DNA of 12,385 nt, taken from positions 1 through 12,385 of the forward strand of contig SMVQ01000156.1 in the NCBI GenBank assembly GCA_004357655.1. The letters run 5' to 3'. A model generated the notes under the pieces. That model had not been told where the DNA came from, did no database searches, and saw nothing but the letters and a program-made list of their open reading frames with translations. Position numbers and translations under genes: made by a program. Below, in pieces: positions 7,354 through 12,385 of the stretch (its first letter is position 1; each line of letters starts with the position of its first letter). Source of the DNA: Planctomycetota bacterium. GTDB taxonomy: Bacteria > Planctomycetota > UBA1135 > GCA-002686595.

Positions 7354-8466
7354 TCAGCCGCCCTGCTTCTTGCCGCACTGCCCGCAGAACCGGGCATCGG
7401 GCGCGCGCGGCGTGCCACAGTCCGTGCAGAACGCCGCTCCGCCCACGGTCTTCGCCTCGAGGTCCTTGCCGCACGCACTGCAGAAGCGACCGGGCGGCAC
7501 GCCGGCGCCGCAGGCCCCGCACGTGATGCCGGCCGTGGCCGGCGCGAGGGTCTCGCCGCCGCTCCGATCGCGGACGAGCATCTGCGCGAGGCCGAAGCCG
7601 ACGCCGAGCCCCGCCCCGGCGAGCAGGCCGCCCGCGCCGCCCCCGCCCCCGCCGCCGCCGCCCTTCGCCATGCCCTCGCCGGCGCCCATCATCGCCTTGC
7701 CCGCGGCGAACTGCTGGTACTTTTCGATCCCGCCGACGGCACGGATGTAGGCCGTGTCCGTGTAGAGGCGCTTCAGGTTCTCGGCGTCGGCGTCGTCGAT
7801 GCCGATCACGAAGTTGCCGAAGCGGACGATCTCGAGGCCGTACGATTCCACGTGCCGGGTGAGCCCCTTCAGGACCGCCGTCTCGATCTCCTCGGTGTAG
7901 GCCCCGGAGGTGACGTCGAGCAGGGGCCACTTCCGCTTTACGATCAGCTCGGCGATGTGATCCCGGAGCACTTTCAGCACCTGCTCCTTCATCCACGATC
8001 GCACCTGGAAGGATTGCGCGCGGCCCATGCCGACCAGGCCCACGATGAGTTGCTCGGGGTCGGTGACGCGGAAGGAGAACTTGCCGTGCACCAGGGTCTC
8101 GACGGGCACGCCGCTCTTCGGGTCCTCGACGTGACCGATCCGCCCGCCGAACTTCAGCCCGGTGTGCTCGCGGATGCTGACGAAGAAGACTTCGGCGATG
8201 AAGACGTTGCCGCCCGTGAAGCTGTCGACGAGGTTCGATAGGAAGGGCAGGTTCTTGGTGTCGAGCGTGACGCGCCCCGGCTCGAACACCTTCACCACCT
8301 TGCCGTCGCGGAAGAACACCGCGCGCTCGTCGGCCTCGACCGTGAGCTGCGACTTCATGGGAATCGTCGGATCCGGGTGCTTCCAGACGACCTGCGACTT
8401 CGCGTCGTCCGGCCGCGCGACCATCATCTCGGAGACGCCGCGCTTGAACCAATCGATCACACCCAT
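7354..8466 (-). CDS. SPFH/Band-7 domain protein (Band_7_1, YdjI-like) with Gly12 linker and C-terminal double zinc ribbon
   Basis: A 370-aa product starting MGVIDWFKRGVSEMMVARPDDAKSQVVWKHPDPTIPMKSQLTVEADERAVFFRDGKV. The N-terminal 290 aa match the SPFH-like Band_7_1 family typified by B. subtilis YdjI (recalled, not searched). A run of 12 Gly/Ala codons (GGGGGGGGGAGG, 7627-7662) follows. The C-terminus has four CxxC pairs (CGAC..CSAC and CTDC..CGQC), i.e. a double zinc ribbon. The track ORF 7354-9741 is a chimera. Its upstream 1.2 kb is antisense to the plus-strand gene and has a nonsense composition (HEQEHHRREREHEHDD). A GGAGAA motif lies about 10 nt before the ATG at 8466 (minus strand), and an alternative in-frame ATG is at 8538. 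Confidence 0.8.
   Translation of the reverse strand: MGVIDWFKRGVSEMMVARPDDAKSQVVWKHPDPTIPMKSQLTVEADERAVFFRDGKVVKVFEPGRVTLDTKNLPFLSNLVDSFTGGNVFIAEVFFVSIREHTGLKFGGRIGHVEDPKSGVPVETLVHGKFSFRVTDPEQLIVGLVGMGRAQSFQVRSWMKEQVLKVLRDHIAELIVKRKWPLLDVTSGAYTEEIETAVLKGLTRHVESYGLEIVRFGNFVIGIDDADAENLKRLYTDTAYIRAVGGIEKYQQFAAGKAMMGAGEGMAKGGGGGGGGGAGGLLAGAGLGVGFGLAQMLVRDRSGGETLAPATAGITCGACGAGVPPGRFCSACGKDLEAKTVGGAAFCTDCGTPRAPDARFCGQCGKKQGG
7627..7662 (-). repeat. GC-only Gly-codon run (GGC/GGG x11 plus one GCG) encoding a flexible linker inside the SPFH gene
   Basis: gccgcccgcgccgcccccgcccccgccgccgcc on the plus strand encodes GGGGGGGGGAGG on the minus strand. It is coding low complexity, not a CRISPR or tandem-repeat locus. 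Confidence 0.7.
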
Positions 8467-8541
8467 CTCTGCGTTCTCCACATGATTCGGTTGAAGGAAG
8501 TCCCGGGAGCGGGTACTACGCCCAATGTACGGCTTCATTCG
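8467..8541. promoter_or_regulatory. 75-bp divergent intergenic region between the SPFH gene (-) and the zinc-ribbon/TM gene (+)
   Basis: The two genes are head-to-head. The region is locally AT-richer (catgattcggttgaaggaag ... cccaatgtacggcttcattcg). It must hold both promoters if the chosen starts are right. No confident -35/-10 assignment can be made. Confidence 0.3.
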
Positions 8542-9660
8542 ATGGCGAAAAAGACACAGCAGGACGAGGAGCTCTTCGAAGTCGAGGAGTCCGAGCCGCA
8601 CGAGGTCGACCTCGAGTGCGATGAGTGCGGGGCCCGCCTGACCTGGGACCCCGCGGTGGACGCGCTCTCGTGCTCCTACTGCGGGTATTCCCGGACGGTC
8701 GAGCGGGGGGAGGGCACGATCCTCGAGCGCCCGCTCGCCGAGGCCGGCGCGGCCGCCCGCGGCCTGGGGGCCGACGTGCGCGTGCTGCGCTGCGAGAACT
8801 GCGGCGCGCGCGTGGCCCTGGGCGAGATCGGCACGTCCGAGGCGTGCGTCTTCTGCGGCTCGGCGAGCGTGCTCGCCCAGGATGAGAACCGCAACGCGAT
8901 CCGCCCCGAGTCGCTGATCCCGCTCGACGTCAGCGCCGGCGAGGTCGAGGAACGCTTCAAGACATGGGTGCGCGGGCTCTGGTTCCGCCCGAACGCGCTC
9001 AAGAACACCAAACGCTTCGACGCCGTCGGCGTCTACATCCCGGCGTGGACCTTCGACTGCGAGGTCGCTTCCGCGTGGTCGGCCGACTCGGGCACCTATT
9101 ACTACGTCACGGTGCGACATGCCGTGCGCGTCAACGGTCGCACGCAGATGCGCACGCGGCGCGTGCGCAAGGTGCGTTGGCGCCCCGCGTGGGGCGACCG
9201 GCGCGACACCTACGACGACCTGCAGATCCTCGCCTCGCACGGGATCAAGGCCGATCTCGCGCGCGAGCTCGGGCCGTTCGATACGCGCGACCTCGTGCCC
9301 TACCGCCCGGAGTACCTCGCCGGCTGGCGGGCCGAGGAGTACCAGATCGATCTGGAGCAGGGCTGGGACCAGGCCCGCGACCGCATCACCGCGATGCAGC
9401 GCGATCGCTGCGCGGGCGACGTCCCGGGCGATACGCACCGGCGACTCAGCGTCCGGAACACGATCGCGGACGTGCGGTGGAAGCACGTGCTCCTGCCGAT
9501 GTGGACCTTGACCTATCGCTTCGGCGGCAAGCCGTACACGGTGCTCGTCCACGGCCAGACGGGTAAGGTCGTGGGCAAGGCGCCCTTCAGCGTGTTCAAG
9601 ATTCTGGGGGTCATCGTGCTCGTGCTCGCGCTCGCGGCGATGGTGTTCCTGTTCGTGTAG
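8542..9660 (+). CDS. uncharacterized protein with two N-terminal zinc ribbons, a central roughly 250-aa domain and a single C-terminal TM anchor
   Basis: The track ORF runs 8377-9660, but the first 55 codons overlap the SPFH gene start and the divergent region. The preferred start is the ATG at 8542 (MAKKTQQDEELFEVEESEPHEV). The first zinc ribbon follows immediately (CDECGARLTW...CSYCG), then a second (CENCGARV...CVFCG). The C-terminus is FSVFKILGVIVLVLALAAMVFLFV, a single TM helix at the extreme end. The start is uncertain: ATG 8482 and the ORF start at 8377 are alternatives, and no strong SD is seen. Confidence 0.62.
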   Translation: MAKKTQQDEELFEVEESEPHEVDLECDECGARLTWDPAVDALSCSYCGYSRTVERGEGTILERPLAEAGAAARGLGADVRVLRCENCGARVALGEIGTSEACVFCGSASVLAQDENRNAIRPESLIPLDVSAGEVEERFKTWVRGLWFRPNALKNTKRFDAVGVYIPAWTFDCEVASAWSADSGTYYYVTVRHAVRVNGRTQMRTRRVRKVRWRPAWGDRRDTYDDLQILASHGIKADLARELGPFDTRDLVPYRPEYLAGWRAEEYQIDLEQGWDQARDRITAMQRDRCAGDVPGDTHRRLSVRNTIADVRWKHVLLPMWTLTYRFGGKPYTVLVHGQTGKVVGKAPFSVFKILGVIVLVLALAAMVFLFV

Positions 9661-9663
9661 TGA

Positions 9664-9688
9664 CGCGAAGGACGGAACCCGGTTCGCG
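9664..9688. terminator. possible bidirectional terminator hairpin in the 29-nt gap between convergent genes
   Basis: cgcgaa-ggacggaacccgg-ttcgcg forms a 6-bp stem with a 13-nt loop and no U-tract. It lies between the TAG at 9658-9660 and the minus-strand stop at 9690-9692. Support is weak. Confidence 0.2.
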
Positions 9689-9689
9689 G

Positions 9690-11105
9690 TCAGAGCGTAT
9701 CGAGCCAGCGGCGCCCGGCCAGCAGCCCCACGCGCGCGCACCAGCCCATGTTCCAGGGCTCCTTGTCCGTCGTGTTCTCGGGCGTGTCGCCCGCGGAGTG
9801 GTAGTACACGTCGTAGTCGACGTTCACGACGTCACGGTCGCTCCACGACTCGCCGGGCATGCCCTTCGTGCGCGGCTGCTCGTCGGGCTTGTCCCAGGCG
9901 CTCGTGAACAGGGTCAGCGCGGGCAGGCCGCCGGCCTTGAACGCCTTCGAGCCGCTGAAGACGTACGAATCGGTGCCGCCGAGGCTCTTGTTGGTCGCCC
10001 AGCGCTCGGGGAAGCCCGCCGTGCCGCCGAAGTCGGCGAGCACGCCGAGGACCTCCGCGATGAGGCGGCGGTTGGCGGGGAGGTCGTCGGGTTCGATGTT
10101 CAGTTGGTCGGCGCCCGAGCCGAAGCCGGCCTGGTCGTAGTTGATCACGCCGAGGATGGGCGCGTCCTCCGGAATCCGCTCGCGCAGGAACGTGCGCGTC
10201 GAGTGGATCTCGCTGCCCCAGACCGCGAAGCGCACCTCGCGCGCCGGTGGCGGCGTGAGCCCCTCGCGGATGGCGCGCGCCCAGGCCGACGCGATCTCGA
10301 GCACGACCGCCGCGCCGCTCGCGTTGTCGTCCGCGCCGGGGCCGCCGGCGTCGGAGTCGCCGTGCGCGCAGTAGAGCAGGAAGCCGGGGGGCGCGCCGGT
10401 GCGCGCGGGCAGTGTCGCCACGACCGTGCGCGGGCGAGCGCGCCGGATCTCGGACTCGAGCGCGTACTCGATCACGACCGCGCGTCCGGCGCCGAGCCAC
10501 TCCCGCAGCCGCGCGCCGTCGCCCGCCGATAGACCGAAGACGGGCTGGGGGTTGTCCGCGCGCTCCGACAGATGCAGCACCTTCGCGTACTTGCGCTCGG
10601 GGTCGCTCGAGGTCACGCCGTCGACGAGCACGACGCGGGCCTCGCGCGTGCCCCGTCGCCACCGCTCGAGCAGGAGCGCCGCGTCCTCCCCATCCTTCGT
10701 GGCGAGCAGCGCGCGCCCCTTCGCGGTGGGCGAGAACCCGTACGGCCAGGCGCTCGCGAGCTCGATCGTCAGGGCCTCCTCGCTGCCGTCCCCGGTGACG
10801 CTGGCGGTGACGCGCCAGGCCGTCTCGGAGTGACACCAGTGCTCGTCGTCCAGCACGACCTCCGCCGCGAGGCCACCCTGCTCGAAGGCTCTCGCCAGCC
10901 AGGCCGCCGCGCGCGTGCCCGATGCGGTGCCGCCCATCCGGGGACCGAAGGCACAGAGCGTGCGCACGTTCGCCTGCGCGCCCGCCTCCGAGACGAGCGC
11001 GGCGAGGCGCGCCTCGCCGGGGCGCCCGATGGTCGCGGGTGGCGGGTCCTGCGCGGGCGAGAGCGCGAGTGCGAGCGCGGCCATGGGGGCGATGGGGGCG
11101 ATCAT
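9690..11105 (-). CDS. secreted M28-family zinc aminopeptidase
   Basis: A 471-aa ORF with a signal peptide (MIAPIAPMAALALALSPAQD). The M28 metal-ligand motifs are present: YCAHGDSD and GADDNASGAAVVLE, with a downstream EVRFAVWGSEIHST (Glu-Glu-type region) and GGTDSY...H. The N-terminal roughly 220 aa precede the catalytic domain and may be a PA-like or propeptide region. No clear SD is seen, and ATG 11084 is an alternative start. Confidence 0.85.
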   Translation of the reverse strand: MIAPIAPMAALALALSPAQDPPPATIGRPGEARLAALVSEAGAQANVRTLCAFGPRMGGTASGTRAAAWLARAFEQGGLAAEVVLDDEHWCHSETAWRVTASVTGDGSEEALTIELASAWPYGFSPTAKGRALLATKDGEDAALLLERWRRGTREARVVLVDGVTSSDPERKYAKVLHLSERADNPQPVFGLSAGDGARLREWLGAGRAVVIEYALESEIRRARPRTVVATLPARTGAPPGFLLYCAHGDSDAGGPGADDNASGAAVVLEIASAWARAIREGLTPPPAREVRFAVWGSEIHSTRTFLRERIPEDAPILGVINYDQAGFGSGADQLNIEPDDLPANRRLIAEVLGVLADFGGTAGFPERWATNKSLGGTDSYVFSGSKAFKAGGLPALTLFTSAWDKPDEQPRTKGMPGESWSDRDVVNVDYDVYYHSAGDTPENTTDKEPWNMGWCARVGLLAGRRWLDTL

Positions 11106-11182
11106 CGCCGGATTGTAGATCGCCGCGCCGCGTCGGTGCGAGCTTGCCGGGCCGTGGCGGCGGTCCTACCGTGACGCGCCCC
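11106..11182. promoter_or_regulatory. 77-bp divergent intergenic region (M28 peptidase - / EamA transporter +), candidate sigma70-like promoter TTGCCG-17-TACCGT ending about 9 nt before the EamA ATG
   Basis: TTGCCG at 11145-11150 is followed by a 17-nt spacer and then TACCGT at 11168-11173, with the ATG at 11183. This would imply a near-leaderless transcript. The -10 is a weak match, so this is speculative. Confidence 0.2.
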
Positions 11183-12121
11183 ATGCCGGACCTCCCGCCC
11201 CGAGTGACCGAGGAACAGAATCCAAGGCCCGCGCGCGGTCCGAGCGAGCGCGCGATCCGGCTATGGATGGGGCTCCTGTGCCTGATCTGGGGCAGCACGT
11301 GGCTCGTGATCCGGGGCGGCCTCCGTGACCTGCCACCCTTCACGTCCGCGGGGGTGCGCTTCCTCGTCGCCTTCCTCGTGATGCTCGCGCTCGCTCCGAG
11401 GCTCGCGCGCCGCGAGGGCGGGCGGCGGCCCGGCCTCGGGCTGACGCTCGCGATGGGGACGCTCAACTTCGGCGTGTCCTACGGGATCGTGTACTGGAGC
11501 GAGACGATCCTCCCGTCGGGCCTCGTCAGCGTGTTGTGGTCCGTGTTCCCGCTCATGATGGCGGTGAGCGGACACTTCACGCTCCCGAACGAGCGGCTGC
11601 ACCCGAAGCAGTGGGGCGGTTTCGTCTTCGCGTTCCTGGGCGTGCTCCTCTTGTTCGCCACGGACATCCGCGCCCTGGGGCCCGCGGCGATTCCGGCGGG
11701 GCTCGTGCTCCTGCTCTCGCCCGCCGTTTCCACGGTCGGGACGACGCTCGTCAAGAAGTACGGCGAAGGCGTGAGCTCCGTGCTCCTGAACCGCAACGGG
11801 ATGCTCGTCGGTGCGGTCATGCTCCTCGCGTGCGCAGGCCTGATGGAGAGTGGAGCGGACGTGCACTGGACGGCGCGGGCGATCGCCAGCGTCGCCTACC
11901 TCGCGGTCTTCGGTACGGTCGTGACGTTCGGCATCTACTTCTGGCTCATGCGCTTCGCCCCGGCCTACCAGCTCAGCCTCATCGCGTTCATCATCCCCGC
12001 GATCGCGCTCACGCTGGGCGCCGCGGTCGGGGGCGAACCGGTGGGCACGAACACGATCGGGGGCACGGCGGCGATCCTCGTGGGGGTCGCGTTCGTGCTG
12101 GGGGGCAAGCGTCGAGGCTGA
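11183..12121 (+). CDS. EamA-family (DMT superfamily) membrane transporter
   Basis: The ORF is open from 10922, but the first 87 codons are antisense to the M28 gene and Arg-rich nonsense. The plausible start is ATG 11183 (MPDLPPRVTEEQNPRP...) or ATG 11267 (MGLLCLIWGSTWLVIRG). The product has about 10 TM helices and the two-repeat EamA architecture (GLLCLIWGSTWLVI ... SVAYLAVFGTVVTFGIYFWLMR). It ends with TGA at 12119-12121. Confidence 0.78.
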   Translation: MPDLPPRVTEEQNPRPARGPSERAIRLWMGLLCLIWGSTWLVIRGGLRDLPPFTSAGVRFLVAFLVMLALAPRLARREGGRRPGLGLTLAMGTLNFGVSYGIVYWSETILPSGLVSVLWSVFPLMMAVSGHFTLPNERLHPKQWGGFVFAFLGVLLLFATDIRALGPAAIPAGLVLLLSPAVSTVGTTLVKKYGEGVSSVLLNRNGMLVGAVMLLACAGLMESGADVHWTARAIASVAYLAVFGTVVTFGIYFWLMRFAPAYQLSLIAFIIPAIALTLGAAVGGEPVGTNTIGGTAAILVGVAFVLGGKRRG

Positions 12122-12159
12122 GCGAAGTCCCGTTCGCTCGGCGCACTCGACGCGCGTCC

Positions 12160-12269
12160 CTCGAGCCCGAGCCCGAGTCGTTCCGGTTCCGCAGTCCAAC
12201 TCCCAGTGCAGTCTCGAGGGGCCGGAAACGTAACGCAGCCGGAACCGGATCGGGCTCGGGCTCGTCGAG
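12160..12269. terminator. large GC-rich imperfect inverted repeat (about 26 potential bp in three helical segments of 5, 12 and 9 bp, with a roughly 45-nt central region) between convergent genes; candidate bidirectional terminator or REP-like structured element
   Basis: The left arm spans 12160-12191 (CTCGA GCCCGAGCCCGA gtcgtt CCGGTTCCG). The right arm spans 12240-12269 (CGGAACCGG a TCGGGCTCGGGC tcg TCGAG). It begins 39 nt after the EamA stop and ends 10 nt before the minus-strand stop at 12280-12282. It contains internal GCCCGA x2 direct repeats and a CCGGTTCCGG palindromic core. Confidence 0.4.
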
Positions 12270-12279
12270 ATGCGCGCTC

Positions 12280-12385
12280 CTATTCGTGCCGCAGCGCCGC
12301 GATCGGATCCATACGCGCCGCGCGCCGCGCCGGCCAGATGCCGGAGAGCACCCCGACGCCGCACGAGATGGATAGCGAGACGAGC
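12280..12385 (-). CDS. ABC-transporter permease, FtsX/MacB-like, C-terminal fragment (N-terminus beyond window)
   Basis: Minus-strand translation of 12283-12385 gives ...[34 protein letters not shown]-stop (TAG, complement of 12280-12282). The ending (R/K)xDPIxALRxE is the characteristic C-terminus of FtsX-fold MacB/LolCE-type permeases. Only about 35 codons are visible. Confidence 0.45.
   Translation of the reverse strand, partial: LVSLSISCGVGVLSGIWPARRAARMDPIAALRHE

Noticed and set aside
7627-7662. 36-nt run of GCC/GCG/CCC units considered as a possible tandem repeat or CRISPR fragment
   Set aside because: It is a single copy and is in frame within the SPFH gene, where it encodes a Gly12 linker. 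There are no spacer-repeat periodicity and no cas genes.
7138-8452. 367-aa plus-strand ORF 7138-8241 and 388-aa minus-strand ORF 7286-8452
   Set aside because: Both are alternate frames over the SPFH gene. They are Arg/Gly/Asp-rich nonsense, and they include the poly-Gly codon run read as poly-Pro/Arg.
8467-9741. Upstream 425 codons of the 795-aa minus-strand ORF 7354-9741
   Set aside because: This segment (MRARGAAGRAPLARYALTAN...HEQEHHRREREHEHDD...) is antisense to the zinc-ribbon/TM gene and lacks domain-like features. The recognisable SPFH protein begins at MGVIDW (ATG 8466), preceded by a GGAGAA motif.
9832-11466. 544-aa minus-strand ORF
   Set aside because: It is off-frame with respect to the M28 peptidase and runs into the EamA gene. 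It is about 25% Arg and Gly-rich, and the M28 frame has HGDSD/DDNASG catalytic motifs.
12165-12176. GCCCGA tandem units considered as a micro-satellite
   Set aside because: There are only two units per arm. They are better explained as part of the inverted-repeat stem.
11261-12375. 367-aa minus-strand and 279-aa plus-strand ORFs at the right end
   Set aside because: These are shadow frames of the EamA gene (Arg/Glu/Asp/His-rich). The only credible minus-strand coding at the extreme right is the short FtsX-like C-terminus in a different frame, ending at the TAG complement of 12280-12282.
1-12385. Search for tRNA, rRNA, integrase, transposase, toxin-antitoxin or restriction-modification genes
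   Set aside because: No cloverleaf-compatible segments were recognised. There are no ORFs with recombinase/DDE motifs and no abrupt GC-content or codon-usage shift. The window looks like native chromosomal backbone rather than a mobile island.

Overview
This is a high-GC (about 70%) bacterial chromosomal window with dense coding on both strands and no rRNA, tRNA, CRISPR or obvious mobile element. I call ten genes from the translations. The first is the 5' part of a CPA1-type Na+/H+ antiporter on the minus strand (1-939, C-terminus off the window). Next comes a YceI-like periplasmic protein (1147-1755), followed 7 nt later by a 9-10 TM membrane protein of unknown function (1763-2605). Then an 802-aa secreted three-domain alpha/beta-hydrolase (2672-5080) carrying a Ser-Asp-His triad (GHSMGG, HGTQDNTVP, GAGHWW). 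Convergent to it is a prolyl oligopeptidase (S9A) lipoprotein (5100-7289, minus). Upstream on the same strand sits an SPFH/Band-7 (Band_7_1, YdjI-like) protein with a Gly12 linker and a C-terminal double zinc ribbon (7354-8466, minus). Divergent from it is a protein with two N-terminal zinc ribbons and a single C-terminal TM anchor (8542-9660). After that come a secreted M28 zinc aminopeptidase (9690-11105, minus), an EamA/DMT transporter (11183-12121), and the 3' end of an FtsX/MacB-type ABC permease on the minus strand (12280-12385). The strongest candidate for an undescribed system is the divergent SPFH-zinc-ribbon / zinc-ribbon-TM pair, which looks like a compacted YdjGHI-type membrane-scaffold module. 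Other points worth a second look are the modular secreted hydrolase, the clustering of three secreted peptidase/hydrolase genes, and a large GC-rich imperfect inverted repeat between the last two convergent genes. Because of the GC content, most long ORFs in the six-frame track are antisense or off-frame shadows; I rejected those on composition grounds.
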